A DNA stretch of 64,000 nt from Rubrobacteraceae bacterium (GTDB lineage Bacteria; Actinomycetota; Rubrobacteria; Rubrobacterales; Rubrobacteraceae): assembly GCA_041747155.1 (NCBI GenBank), contig JBGTFQ010000188.1:1090-65089 (forward strand). The letters are read 5' to 3'. Under the pieces are notes generated by a model. That model made no database searches. It had not been told where the DNA came from and was given only the letters and a program-made list of their open reading frames with translations. The first letter of the stretch is position 1. Every line of letters begins with the position of its first letter. This document shows, piece by piece, positions 9,436 to 19,506 of this stretch. The translations under genes were made by a program, and so were the position numbers.

Positions 9436-10620
9436 ATGAAACATTATGAGGCGGTAGTTGTCGGATGTGGGGGGTTAGGATCGGCGGCTTTGTATTGGCT
9501 CTCGCGGGAGTTGGGTTCTTCGGTGCTTGGGATCGAGCAATTTTCTCTTGGGCATGATCGGGGCGCGTCGCAGGATCACTCCCGGATCATCCGCCTAGCT
9601 CAACATCAATCCCAATACGCCGCCCTCGCCCCGCACGCCTACGAAGCATTCTACGAAGTCGAGCGCGAATCGGGCCAGCAAGTCCTGTTGAAGACCGGCG
9701 GTTTGGTCATCGAAGACCCCGAAGGCCGCGACCTGGACAAAGTCGGAACCCGCAATGTCGAGGGCTACGTGGCCGCGTTCGAAGAGCATGGCTTCGACTA
9801 TGAGCTACTAGAGCCCGACCAATTGATGCACCGCTGGCCGCAGTTTCATCTTTCGGGTTCGGAGCGGGCTATCTACTCAGAGGAATCTGGTCTGGTGGAT
9901 GCAGGGAAGTCGAACGCGGTCCATATAGCCCTCGCCCGTGCTCGCGGTGCGAACGTCCTTGATAACACCCCCGTCAGGGCTGTGCGTCCCAGTGGCGACG
10001 GTGTGGAGGTGGTGACGGACGATGAGACGTATCTCGCGGATCGGGTCGTGGTGGCGAGCGATATGTGGACCAACGAGGTCTTGCGCGAGACTGGCGTTCG
10101 GATACCGCTGACCATCACGCAGGAGCAGGTGACGTATTATTCCACGCCGAATTTGTGGGAGTTCTCGCCGGAGCGGTTTCCCGTATTTATGTGGCATGGG
10201 GTGGATAATTACTATGGTTTTCCGGTGTATGGGGAGGTTGCCACCAAGCTCGGCCAGCATATGGGGGGACATGAGATCACACCGCAGACCCGGACCTTTG
10301 AGCCCGACCCGGTGCGTCAGGAGAGATACCGTAACTTTCTCGGCAAACATCTCCCCGGATTCCTTGGGCCAGAGTTGTACACGAGGACGTGTCCGTACAC
10401 GATCCCGCCGGACCAGAACTTCGTACTCGACACGTTGCCGGATCATCCGCAAATCTCCGTGGTTATAGGAGCGGGCCACGCCTTCAAGTTCGCTGGCCTG
10501 ATCGGGCGTATCCTCTCGGAACTTGCCCTGAACGGCGAGTCATCTTACCCGATAGAATCATTCAGTATGAAACGCCCGGCGATCACCGACCATGCATTTC
10601 AGAAAGCCTTCCACGCTTGA
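9436..10620 (+). CDS. monomeric sarcosine oxidase / N-methyltryptophan oxidase-like FAD oxidase (second paralogue)
   Basis: YEAVVVGCGGLGSAALYWL, SQDHSRIIR and GAGHAFKF motifs. Preceded by an AT-rich intergenic region. Confidence 0.85.
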   Translation: MKHYEAVVVGCGGLGSAALYWLSRELGSSVLGIEQFSLGHDRGASQDHSRIIRLAQHQSQYAALAPHAYEAFYEVERESGQQVLLKTGGLVIEDPEGRDLDKVGTRNVEGYVAAFEEHGFDYELLEPDQLMHRWPQFHLSGSERAIYSEESGLVDAGKSNAVHIALARARGANVLDNTPVRAVRPSGDGVEVVTDDETYLADRVVVASDMWTNEVLRETGVRIPLTITQEQVTYYSTPNLWEFSPERFPVFMWHGVDNYYGFPVYGEVATKLGQHMGGHEITPQTRTFEPDPVRQERYRNFLGKHLPGFLGPELYTRTCPYTIPPDQNFVLDTLPDHPQISVVIGAGHAFKFAGLIGRILSELALNGESSYPIESFSMKRPAITDHAFQKAFHA

Positions 10621-10689
10621 CGAGCGCATCGCCAGGGAAGCGGGAGATCGACCCGGTGACGACCAACGGAAAAGCACGGGTGGATATTA

Positions 10690-10951
10690 GCCGGGATCGC
10701 CGCACACTTGGACGCACGAACACGTTGCTGGAGCGGGACGTGGACCTCGAACGGCTACACGGAGACCGGCTCCACAAGGTACAGGCGGAGATGCGGGTGG
10801 AGAATTCCGGGAGGACATGGTCGTGAGCGTGGAGTTCTATGCCGGAAAAGTCGGAGAACAGCACGGCGTCAAGCTAGAGGACGAGGTCTGGATCTCACCC
10901 AAAGGACCCATCATGCTCTCGCTATATCCCTACGAAGACGAGTTGCTATGA
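10690..10951 (+). pseudogene. remnant of an M24 (creatinase / Xaa-Pro peptidase) gene with a large internal deletion
   Basis: An N-terminal-like piece (VDLERLHGDRLHKVQAEMR) ends at TGA 10824-10826. A 44-codon frame 10817-10951 encodes a typical M24 C-terminus (GVKLEDEVWISPKGPIMLSLYPYEDELL). The whole catalytic core is missing. Confidence 0.6.
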
Positions 10952-10984
10952 TGCCCCTTCAAAACGTTGCAGAGAGGAGCGAAA

Positions 10985-12292
10985 ATGACCATTGACCGAA
11001 CCGACCCTTACACCCGGATGGTTCCACGCCCCGTCCCGCCGGAAGACTTCACAAACGAAGAGACTTACCGTCATACTCGCGCTCCCGTTGACGTGGCCGT
11101 CACCCTTATCCCGGATGCTTACTCATCACGGGAATTCTTCGAGCTAGAGCGGGAGAGAGTCTTCGCGTCTAGTTGGATCGTAGTCGGTTTCGCTTCCCAA
11201 GTGCGGGAGGCTGGAGATGTGATCGTGGCGGAAGTCGCTGGGCGTTCGATCATCGTCACCCGCGACAAGCATGGCGAACTCAATGCTTTCCACAACGTCT
11301 GCCGCCACCGGGCCGCCAAACTGCTCGACGAAGACACTCGCGCCGTCCGCAACAACCGCATACGCTGCCCGTACCATAGTTGGACCTACGACCTCGAAGG
11401 AGCTTGCCTCGGCACGCCGCTCTTCGAAGGCTCGGACATTCCAAAGGAAGCTCAGGCTGCGTTCGATATGAGCGAGATCAAAGGCTTCGACAAGGCGGAC
11501 TATGGACTTCTGCCCGTCAAGGCCGAATCCTGGGGTTTCCTCGTCTGCGTAAACTTCGACCCGAACGCCGGGCCGCTAACGGAGCAACTTGGCGACCTGC
11601 CCGACCGCTTCTCGGACTACAAGTTGGAAGAGTGGGGCGTGGTGCGGGAGAAAGGCTATGAGGTCTCGGCGAACTACAAGCTCGTCGGCGAGAACTTCCT
11701 TGAGTACTACCATCTCCCGTGGGTTCATCCGGAGCTCGTGCAAGTCTCCCGGATGGAGGACCATTACCGGTGGCAGGGACCGGGGTTGTACTCGGGTTTC
11801 TGTACAAGTCCTATTTCCCAGGACACGGAGAGCGGCGGTTTGCAGGGGGCGTTACCTTCCTTGAGCACGCTCGGCGAGGAAGATGCCACGAGCGCCCGTT
11901 TCGTACTACTCTTCCCCAACGTGGCGATCTCCGTCATGCCCAACCATGCCTTTGTCATCATCGCAAATCCCGAGGGGCCGGATAGGACTGTGGAGAGAAC
12001 CGCGCTTCTCTCACACCCCGAGTCGTTGGAGAGTTCGGATGTGGAGACGGAGGCCGATCAACTCGCCCGGTTCTGGGATCTCGTAAACCTTCAGGACATC
12101 GAGATCGTCGAGCGTGTCCAGCAAGGCATCTCCAATCCCGCATATCGCGGCGGTCGGATGTGCTACCAGTTCGAGGATACGTTGCATCGGTTTCAGAACA
12201 TCGTCATAGACAAGATGGTCGGCCTCAACCGCGTACCGCCGGGCGACGACGAAGAGATGGTCCAGATGTTCAAGACGGAAGACGAGGGTTGA
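10985..12292 (+). CDS. Rieske [2Fe-2S] non-haem iron oxygenase alpha subunit (GbcA / choline-monooxygenase-like)
   Basis: Rieske motif CRHRAAKL...CPYHSWTY. Mononuclear iron motif NFLEYYHLPWVHP. SD GAGGAG precedes ATG 10985. Confidence 0.8.
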   Translation: MTIDRTDPYTRMVPRPVPPEDFTNEETYRHTRAPVDVAVTLIPDAYSSREFFELERERVFASSWIVVGFASQVREAGDVIVAEVAGRSIIVTRDKHGELNAFHNVCRHRAAKLLDEDTRAVRNNRIRCPYHSWTYDLEGACLGTPLFEGSDIPKEAQAAFDMSEIKGFDKADYGLLPVKAESWGFLVCVNFDPNAGPLTEQLGDLPDRFSDYKLEEWGVVREKGYEVSANYKLVGENFLEYYHLPWVHPELVQVSRMEDHYRWQGPGLYSGFCTSPISQDTESGGLQGALPSLSTLGEEDATSARFVLLFPNVAISVMPNHAFVIIANPEGPDRTVERTALLSHPESLESSDVETEADQLARFWDLVNLQDIEIVERVQQGISNPAYRGGRMCYQFEDTLHRFQNIVIDKMVGLNRVPPGDDEEMVQMFKTEDEG

Positions 12293-12452
12293 GGGAGCTA
12301 GATACCGCGCTTCTGTGCCAGCTCTCTCAAGCTCTACGATAGCGCGCACATTGTATCTTTGGTAGTATACGTTTTGTCGTTGGAAATCACGGATCGTATA
12401 CCTCAGCAACTCTGTACAAGCAGTAGTAGAGACCCAGAGAAAGAGACGGTGC

Positions 12453-14114
12453 ATGGTGGCAGATTACATCAGGCGGCACACGAATCCTCCGGTATTCATC
12501 ACCTCGCTGGCGGTAATAATGACTGTGGTTCTGATCGGTTCTTTCTTCGCGGAGTCTTTCGGGGCGGGTGCTCAGAAGGTTCTGAACTTTATCTATGCAT
12601 ACTTTGGATGGTTTCTGATCCTCTCGGTTAGTTTCTTCTTGATCTTTGTGGTGGCGTTGGCGTTTACGCGATACGGACGCATCCGGCTGGGTCCCGATGA
12701 CAGCCGACCGGAGTTCAGCACGCTCTCCTGGTTCGCGATGCTCTTTACCGCTGGCATGGGTATCGGACTCGTATACTTCGGTGTCTCTGAGCCGGTGAGC
12801 CATTTTACGAGCCCGCCGGTCGGCGAGGGCGGAACCGCTGCGGCGGCTCAGCAGGCCATGAACTACACATACTTCCACTGGCTGCTCCATCCGTGGGCAA
12901 TCTATATCGTGTTCGCGCTCTCCATAGCGTATTTCTCGTTTAGGAAAGGATTGCCGCTCCGGCCCGCGTCGGCTTTCTATCCCCTTATAGGTGACAGGAT
13001 CTACGGTTGGTTGGGCAATGTGATCGACATTCTGGCCGTCTTCGGCACGATGTTCGGTCTCGCGACTTCGTTGGGTTTCGGGGCGCAGCAGGTAAACGCG
13101 GGTCTCAGTACGCTTTTTGGTGTGCCGAACAACGCTGGCATGCAGATACTTCTTATAGCCCTGATCTCCGGCCTCGCGGCTGTGTCTGTAGTCCTCGGCA
13201 TCGACAAGGGTGTTCGTAACCTATCGCTTATCAATATGTGGCTCGCTCTCGGTCTAGCGCTGTTCGTGTTCCTCGTGGGGCCGACGCTCTTTATACTGAA
13301 CTCGTTGGCGAGCAACATCGGCTACTACGTTCAGAACATCGTCGGCACCAGCTTCAATATGTTTACGATGAACGAGGCGGGCGCTGAGTGGCAGGCTGGC
13401 TGGACGCTGTTCTATTGGGCTTGGTGGACATCCTGGGCGCCGTTTGTGGGGATGTTTATCGCACGGGTTTCGTATGGGCGGACGATCCGTCAGTTTATCG
13501 CGGGCGTTCTGTTCGCCCCGGCGGGTGTCAGCGCGGCGTGGTTCGTGATCTTCGGCGGTACCGGCATCAACTATATTATGAACGGCAAGGGTGGTGGACT
13601 GGCTAACGCGGATTCAAGCAACGCCTTGTTCGTCCTGATGAACCAACTGCCCATTCCGGGGATACTCAGCGTGATCGCCTCAGTGGTCGGGATCGTAGTG
13701 GTGGTACTGTTCTTCGCCACGTCGTCGGACTCGGGTTCGCTCGTGATCGACATCCTAACCAATGGCGGTGACCCTAACCCGATCTGGCAACAGCGGCTTA
13801 TGTGGGCGGTGCTTGAAGGTGTCGTGGCCGCCGTGCTGCTCGGTGCCGGAGCGGCTACTGGCGGAGACGCGCTACTCGCGCTCCAATCTGCATCGGTAGC
13901 TTCCGGCTTACCCTTCACCGTGGTACTCATATTTATGTGCGTCGGTCTGGTTGTAGCGCTTCGAAACGAACGATTGCCCTCCATGCAGCCATCACCGACC
14001 ACGGATCGCCTGCCACCCGAACCGAGCCAAGTGGCGGGTCGGTCTTCTGGAACTCCGGCGCCGCAACAAGTCAGTGCAGAGGCTCTGGAAGAGCGGGGTC
14101 CGCAACGCACCTAA
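12453..14114 (+). CDS. BCCT-family betaine/choline/carnitine transporter
   Basis: 553 aa, polytopic. BCCT signature WTLFYWAWWTSWAPFVGMFIARVSYGRTIRQF and FAMLFTAGMGIGLVYFGVSEP. Confidence 0.9.
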   Translation: MVADYIRRHTNPPVFITSLAVIMTVVLIGSFFAESFGAGAQKVLNFIYAYFGWFLILSVSFFLIFVVALAFTRYGRIRLGPDDSRPEFSTLSWFAMLFTAGMGIGLVYFGVSEPVSHFTSPPVGEGGTAAAAQQAMNYTYFHWLLHPWAIYIVFALSIAYFSFRKGLPLRPASAFYPLIGDRIYGWLGNVIDILAVFGTMFGLATSLGFGAQQVNAGLSTLFGVPNNAGMQILLIALISGLAAVSVVLGIDKGVRNLSLINMWLALGLALFVFLVGPTLFILNSLASNIGYYVQNIVGTSFNMFTMNEAGAEWQAGWTLFYWAWWTSWAPFVGMFIARVSYGRTIRQFIAGVLFAPAGVSAAWFVIFGGTGINYIMNGKGGGLANADSSNALFVLMNQLPIPGILSVIASVVGIVVVVLFFATSSDSGSLVIDILTNGGDPNPIWQQRLMWAVLEGVVAAVLLGAGAATGGDALLALQSASVASGLPFTVVLIFMCVGLVVALRNERLPSMQPSPTTDRLPPEPSQVAGRSSGTPAPQQVSAEALEERGPQRT

Positions 14115-14130
14115 AGACCTCTGTAAACCG

Positions 14131-14166
14131 ATGAGCGGGTGGTTCCCCACCCGCTCATTTCGTCTT
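14131..14166 (+). terminator. intrinsic terminator-like hairpin after the BCCT gene
   Basis: Perfect 12-bp stem ATGAGCGGGTGG / CCACCCGCTCAT with loop TTCC, followed by TTTCGTCTT. Confidence 0.7.
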
Positions 14167-14194
14167 CGAACATTGCAAAGATGGAGGTAACTGA

Positions 14195-14425
14195 ATGACG
14201 GCTACCATACCAAGTTCTTGGTCCGGTAAGGATGTTTTGCTCGCCAGAAACGGCGCGGCGGACTCCGAGAGAGTAACGCTAAAAGAAGTCAACGATCTTG
14301 GCCTGGCGTACACGTACAAGGAAGGCGAGATAGGGGATGAGCCAGTCTTCGTTCCCTGGAGTTCGGTCAGTTGGATGCGACCGCTCGTGGCGCGGGACAA
14401 CGAGAGCCACCAAGGGGAAGAATAA
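14195..14425 (+). CDS. small hypothetical protein
   Basis: 76-aa ORF with GGAGG about 8 nt upstream of the ATG, immediately upstream of the Hsp20 gene. No recognisable family. Confidence 0.4.
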   Translation: MTATIPSSWSGKDVLLARNGAADSERVTLKEVNDLGLAYTYKEGEIGDEPVFVPWSSVSWMRPLVARDNESHQGEE

Positions 14426-14446
14426 CCAAGAAACATAGGAGGCAGA

Positions 14447-14914
14447 ATGGGCAATTCGCGAAGGAACCCGTTCCGGGGATTTGTAGACACGCTGAGCGAG
14501 ACAAACCGGGCTCGTGAGCGGTGGATGACCGGCAACGATGCGGGAGGGGAGGATCGCCGCCGGGACCACACTACCGCTTGGATCCCAACTACGGATATCT
14601 TCGCTCAGGGGGATGATCTCGTGATCCGGGCCGAACTCGCCGGGGTGAGCGAGGAAGATGTGGATCTAACAATCTCAAGCGGAATGCTGACCATCTCCGG
14701 AGATCGCAAGATAGACCTCGACGAAGACCAAGCCAGCTACTACGTCCGCGAGCGATTTTACGGTGTCTTCCGACGCGACATGACCCTCCCTGAAGGAATA
14801 GACGAGAGCAGGATCCACGCCAGCTTCAAAAACGGCCTGCTACTCATCACTGTGAAAGACGGCGCCATAGCCACCAAACCCCGTCACGTCCAGATACAGA
14901 CCGACCCTGGCTGA
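14447..14914 (+). CDS. Hsp20/alpha-crystallin small heat-shock protein
   Basis: Alpha-crystallin domain pattern DIFAQGDDLVIRAELAGV...LTISGDRK...FYGVFRRDMTLPEGID...ASFKNGLLLITV. Confidence 0.9.
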   Translation: MGNSRRNPFRGFVDTLSETNRARERWMTGNDAGGEDRRRDHTTAWIPTTDIFAQGDDLVIRAELAGVSEEDVDLTISSGMLTISGDRKIDLDEDQASYYVRERFYGVFRRDMTLPEGIDESRIHASFKNGLLLITVKDGAIATKPRHVQIQTDPG

Positions 14915-15111
14915 AGGGGATCTACCAATAGCACCTGCAGCGACGTCTCTCCGCAAATAAGGGCTACCTCTGTAGAACCGAGCAATCCGTCTAGCAATAA
15001 CAGTAACCACTCTCTGGTTGAGGCTGCTTCCTCGGACTAGAAACAGCCCCAACCTAGACGCAAAGCCAACCTACTAGCCATCAACTCGAAAATGCTCTCG
15101 ACTATCTCTGC

Positions 15112-16191
15112 CTAGACATTGCGCTCGCTGAGTCGCACGTCGAACGTCTGCTCTTGTCCATCTCGCAGCACCGTGATTTCTACGGTCTCGCCGGGCTTGT
15201 ATTTGCGAAGCTCGGTGAGCAAGTCGCCGGAACTTCCGATTTTCACGGAACCTACGGCGGTTACTATGTCTCCGGCTTGGATACCGGCCTGGGCTGCAGG
15301 TTCACCCGGCACTACTTCGGCTACAACGGCACCGGAGTCGGCCTGAAGGTCGAACTGCTCGGCGGCTTGGGAGGTGAGATCCGACAACGAGATACCCAGG
15401 TAAGGGTGGGAGACTTCGCCGTTCTCAATGAGTTGATCGGCTATCGAGATCACGGTGTTCGAGGAGATGGCGAAGCCGATGCTCTCGGCTCCTGTCTGAC
15501 CCGGTGGTAGGTAGGCGACGTTTATCCCGATCACCTCTCCAGTCCTATCGACCAGAGCGCCTCCCGAGTTTCCAGGCGAAATAGGAGCGTCGGTCTGCAC
15601 CAAGTCAACCAGCGAGCTTTGCGCACCGCCGGTAAGCTCAGCCGGAAGCTCCCGGTTCAGGCCGCTAACTACGCCCGCCGTAACCGTGGACTGCAGACCT
15701 TGAGGGCTCCCGATAGCCACGGCCATCTGTCCTGGTATTAGATCTCCGCTGTCGGCGAAGTCCGCCGCTGGTAGGTCGTTTCTATCCACCCGGAGCACGG
15801 CCAAGTCCGTGACTTCGTCACTACCGACGATCTCCGCTGGCTCCCGGGATCCATCGGCGAAAACTACCTCTGCTTCATTGGCACCCTCGACGACGTGGTT
15901 GTTTGTGACGACGTAGCCGTCCTCGCTGTAGATAACACCGCTGCCGACACCTCCTTCGTTGCCATCATCGCCGCGCACGTCTATCTGAACCGCCGACGGG
16001 CCAACCGTCGAAGCTACCCGAGCTACCGGCTCGTTCTCCGACGCATCGGAAGTTTCGGATGAAGTCTGCGCTCCAGCTTCTCTGAAACTCTCTCCGTTCG
16101 TGGCTAGCAATACCGCCATAACTACGACGATGGCTAGGATCGCCGCCAAGAGCCAGGATAACTTTCTTCCGGTCGCGTTCTGTATTCTCAT
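15112..16191 (-). CDS. HtrA/DegP-family serine protease with PDZ domain
   Basis: N-terminal TM segment. Catalytic motifs [17 protein letters not shown]-terminal PDZ ([13 protein letters not shown]). Confidence 0.9.
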   Translation of the reverse strand: MRIQNATGRKLSWLLAAILAIVVVMAVLLATNGESFREAGAQTSSETSDASENEPVARVASTVGPSAVQIDVRGDDGNEGGVGSGVIYSEDGYVVTNNHVVEGANEAEVVFADGSREPAEIVGSDEVTDLAVLRVDRNDLPAADFADSGDLIPGQMAVAIGSPQGLQSTVTAGVVSGLNRELPAELTGGAQSSLVDLVQTDAPISPGNSGGALVDRTGEVIGINVAYLPPGQTGAESIGFAISSNTVISIADQLIENGEVSHPYLGISLSDLTSQAAEQFDLQADSGAVVAEVVPGEPAAQAGIQAGDIVTAVGSVKIGSSGDLLTELRKYKPGETVEITVLRDGQEQTFDVRLSERNV

Positions 16192-17066
16192 GCTGCTACC
16201 TCCTCGGTGGTTTGGGTAATTCTCATGGGAGCGCGAAGGATATCCTTGAGTGTTCGTTCGGCTTCCCGTTGTATCTGGCGAACTCTCTCGGTGGAGATAC
16301 TGAGTTCGATGCCGAGTTCTTTAAGGGTTGTCTTCTTGCCGGTCTCCAGGCCGTAGCGTTCTATGAGTACGTGGCGGCTGGTCTCAGGGAGATCTTTCAT
16401 CGCTTCTAGGAGATTCAGCACCGCCTCTTCGCGGGCGGCGGCTTCGGCTTCGTCCGGGGAGCGGTCATCCTCGATGACATCCCCGACTTCCGTGGCGTTC
16501 TTCTCGTTTCCAAGTGGTTTGTTGAGGCTCGTGATCTCTTTGGGAGCGTCCAGAACGAAATTTACTTCGTGCGGCTCCCATCCGACGTGGGAGGAGATCT
16601 CCTCGGTGGTCGGTTGACGGCCAAGTTCCGTAGTAAGTTCACCCTGTGCTTTCCGTACTGTACGCAGCTTCTCCACGACGTGATTGGGTAGCCGGACGGC
16701 CCGCCCCGTGTTGACCACGGCACGTTGTACAGCTTGGCGTATCCACCAAGTCGCGTAGGTGGAGAACCTGTAGCCCCTATCCGGGTCGAACTTCTCGACC
16801 GCTGTGATCAGACCGATATTGCCCTCTTGTATGAGATCCTCGAACGGAAGACCCTGCTGACGGTATTTCTTCGCCACCGAGACGACCAGCCGAAGGTTCC
16901 TCTCGATTAGCTCTTTGTGGGCTTTCGTATCTCCTTTATGAGCCTGGCGGCTAAGTTCGATCTCCTCCGCATGGCTCAGGAGATCGTCGCGACGGATACG
17001 GGCCATGTAGGCACCTAAAAGCTCCGGGGTCTCTTCCGGTACTGAGTTGCGCGTTTTGGTCTTCAT
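16188..17066 (-). CDS. sigma-70 family RNA polymerase sigma factor (RpoD-like, group 2-type)
   Basis: Region 2 [36 protein letters not shown] and region 4 [22 protein letters not shown]. Its stop overlaps the htrA-like start (ATGA). Confidence 0.9.
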   Translation of the reverse strand: MKTKTRNSVPEETPELLGAYMARIRRDDLLSHAEEIELSRQAHKGDTKAHKELIERNLRLVVSVAKKYRQQGLPFEDLIQEGNIGLITAVEKFDPDRGYRFSTYATWWIRQAVQRAVVNTGRAVRLPNHVVEKLRTVRKAQGELTTELGRQPTTEEISSHVGWEPHEVNFVLDAPKEITSLNKPLGNEKNATEVGDVIEDDRSPDEAEAAAREEAVLNLLEAMKDLPETSRHVLIERYGLETGKKTTLKELGIELSISTERVRQIQREAERTLKDILRAPMRITQTTEEVAA

Positions 17067-17197
17067 GTTTCTCCTCCGTTCTTTCTATTTGTAGTCTTCT
17101 AGCCAACAATTGGTTAGACGAAGCCCGCGATAATCCAGAGCAGTGCCTGCCAACACGAAGCTCAAGCCGGAGCCGAATAACTGCAGCAGAGCGACCG

Positions 17198-18370
17198 TCA
17201 TGATTCCAACTTTTGCAAACTCGTCGAGGCAACCTGCGCCTGAGCGACTTCGAGTTGTTCGGCGACCACCGACGGTGGTATGGCATAGGCGATGTCGCCG
17301 TAACCAGCTCCAGCGAACACGGTCCCGACTACCTCGCCTTCCCCGTTGAGTGCCGGACCACCGGAGTTTCCAGGGTTTGCATCACCCCGGATGCTGGTTA
17401 TGTAGCGGCTTACCGAGACATTTCCGTAAGCATCGCGAGCTAAGGCTTGCGAAGTACGCCCGATCCGGCCCGGCTCCGAGTCGAGCGGTCCACCATACGG
17501 GTAGCCCACAATCGCAACCGATTCACCGGGCTCAGGCTCGGCCACCGTCAAGGCGGACAGATCCAGGCCATCCACTTCCAAGACCGCTACGTCGTTGGTC
17601 TGGTCTACGGTGATGACTTCGGCATCATACCCTTGCCATGCGCCATCTTGATGCACGGCTACCTGGTCGTTTTCGGCAATTACGTGGGCGTTGGTGACGA
17701 CGACCTCTGGGGCAGCGACCCATCCTGAGCCGGAAGATCCGGAACCGTAGCCCGGGGCGCCGGTCGCTACTATCTGAACCACACTCTGCGAGGCGTTTTC
17801 TAATCCCTGACCTTCGATATTCGTACTAGAGTCTGGTAGCTTCGGCTCAGCCACCTGTGGTCTCGGTCCTTCGATCCGCGGTATTGAGTCGAGACTTGCG
17901 ATGGTATCCAGTACCAGCCCTGAAGGTAGCCGTTCGTCAACTTTCGCGAGGATTTCGGAGCGTTCGACTGTTTCCCGGAAAGTCTGGGGAAGTGGACTTT
18001 GCAGAGTGAAGGTTCCGAGTACCCAGACAAATAGGACCCCGACCGCAGCGCCTAGGACGGCCCCTCCCACCCCATCTAGCGACCCGATAACGGGAATCCG
18101 GCGCAAGGAAGCTCCGATCCTACCGCCTATCGACCCGGCTATCAGTTGGCCTAGAACCGCGAATATAAGCGCACTCGCAAGCATTACGAACGGTGTGTAG
18201 GCGGCTAAACTCTGCTCCGCTTGGACCAGATACAGAGCTAGTCGGCTACCCAAATAAGCACCCACTGCCAGTCCTGCCAGCGAGAGAGCCCCAGAGGCAA
18301 GACCGGCGTAGAAGCCCCGGAGAGCTAGAAGCGCGATGAGGCCCGCCAGGATCCAATCAAGCAGGGTCAT
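17198..18370 (-). CDS. MarP-like membrane protease (CvpA-family membrane domain fused to trypsin-like S1C protease)
   Basis: N-terminal 4-TM CvpA-like region. C-terminal TNAHVI ... GNSGGPALN catalytic motifs. Confidence 0.8.
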   Translation of the reverse strand: MTLLDWILAGLIALLALRGFYAGLASGALSLAGLAVGAYLGSRLALYLVQAEQSLAAYTPFVMLASALIFAVLGQLIAGSIGGRIGASLRRIPVIGSLDGVGGAVLGAAVGVLFVWVLGTFTLQSPLPQTFRETVERSEILAKVDERLPSGLVLDTIASLDSIPRIEGPRPQVAEPKLPDSSTNIEGQGLENASQSVVQIVATGAPGYGSGSSGSGWVAAPEVVVTNAHVIAENDQVAVHQDGAWQGYDAEVITVDQTNDVAVLEVDGLDLSALTVAEPEPGESVAIVGYPYGGPLDSEPGRIGRTSQALARDAYGNVSVSRYITSIRGDANPGNSGGPALNGEGEVVGTVFAGAGYGDIAYAIPPSVVAEQLEVAQAQVASTSLQKLES

Positions 18371-18816
18371 GATTCTCTGCCTCTCGCAATATTCAGCTCC
18401 TCCGTCCTACTGATTTGTCTCTGCCTGTCTACGCTCAACTCTTGTCCTTTTCCCTATGCCTGTATACAAACGCTGACGCCCTACTTATGGGCGCCACAGG
18501 ATGGTTGCCGAAGTTAACCTTCGGTCTCGGAGGAAGATTGCTGCTGGCTGTCCTGCTGGTCAATGCCACCGTCCTTCCAGGGGCAATCACCGTCGCGTCC
18601 GTCATTGCGGGGCGGCTGCGATCCACTTCTTCATCTCTTTAGCGCTCCTTTCTTCTCCTACAACCTGGGTCTAGTTTCTTATTTGCATCTGTGAGCTGTG
18701 TTTGAGGATCATGAGAGTTTCCACAGAAACTTAGACAGGGCATCCGAGGATATGTATTCTGAGTCCGGGCTAGAATATGGCTGGTAGTAGCGAGACTGGA
18801 TGGAGCTAGAGAAAAG

Positions 18817-19500
18817 ATGAAACGTATCCTGATCGTCGAGGACGAGCAGAAGCTGGCCCGACTTATAGCGCGGGTTCTTGGAGAGGAAGGCTACTCGCCG
18901 GAGACTTCCTATGATGGGCGCGAGGGATTGTCTCGCGCTCTCTCAGAGGATTTCGATCTTCTAGTGCTGGATTGGATGCTTCCGGATCGGAGCGGAACCC
19001 AGATCGTGCGGGCGTTGCGGGCAGCGGAGATAGGGGTTCCGGTGTTGATGCTCACGGCTCGAGACCAGATCGAAGACCGCGTTGAAGGTCTAGACGCCGG
19101 GGCAGACGACTACCTATCCAAACCTTTCGCCTTCCCGGAGCTTCTAGCCCGCGTCCGGGCTCTCACCCGGAGGACTTGGAAGGAAGAGACAAACGACAAC
19201 CATCTCTCAGCGGGAGATGTGATCCTGGACCCCATCCGTCACGAGGTGCGTCGCGCCGGTGAGAGAGTTGAACTGACCGCCAAAGAGTTCGCCCTGCTGG
19301 CGACGCTTTTGCAACGTCCGGGCCAGGTCTTTACTCGCTCGGTCCTTCTGGATACCGTGTGGGATGGCTCCTCCGACGTGTACGCGAACGTTGTGGATCT
19401 CTACATCTCATACCTGCGAAAGAAGCTAGATCAGAACGGCCAAACCTCTCGCATCCGCACCGTCCGCGGCGTCGGATACACTTTCGAACCCCAAGGCTAG
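18817..19500 (+). CDS. OmpR-family response regulator
   Basis: REC domain (ILIVEDE, DLLVLDWMLPD) plus winged-helix trans_reg_C (VRGVGYTF). Confidence 0.9.
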   Translation: MKRILIVEDEQKLARLIARVLGEEGYSPETSYDGREGLSRALSEDFDLLVLDWMLPDRSGTQIVRALRAAEIGVPVLMLTARDQIEDRVEGLDAGADDYLSKPFAFPELLARVRALTRRTWKEETNDNHLSAGDVILDPIRHEVRRAGERVELTAKEFALLATLLQRPGQVFTRSVLLDTVWDGSSDVYANVVDLYISYLRKKLDQNGQTSRIRTVRGVGYTFEPQG

Positions 19501-19506
19501 GCGGCT

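Noticed and set aside
18415-18650. ORFs 18415-18642 (+) and 18435-18626 (-), and a 10-codon ORF (MKKWIAAAPQ) with an AAGGAG site upstream of the MarP-like gene.
   Set aside because: No family resemblance. The two frames overlap each other in a leader region. The single short ORF has no repeated or conserved context, so support is too weak to annotate.
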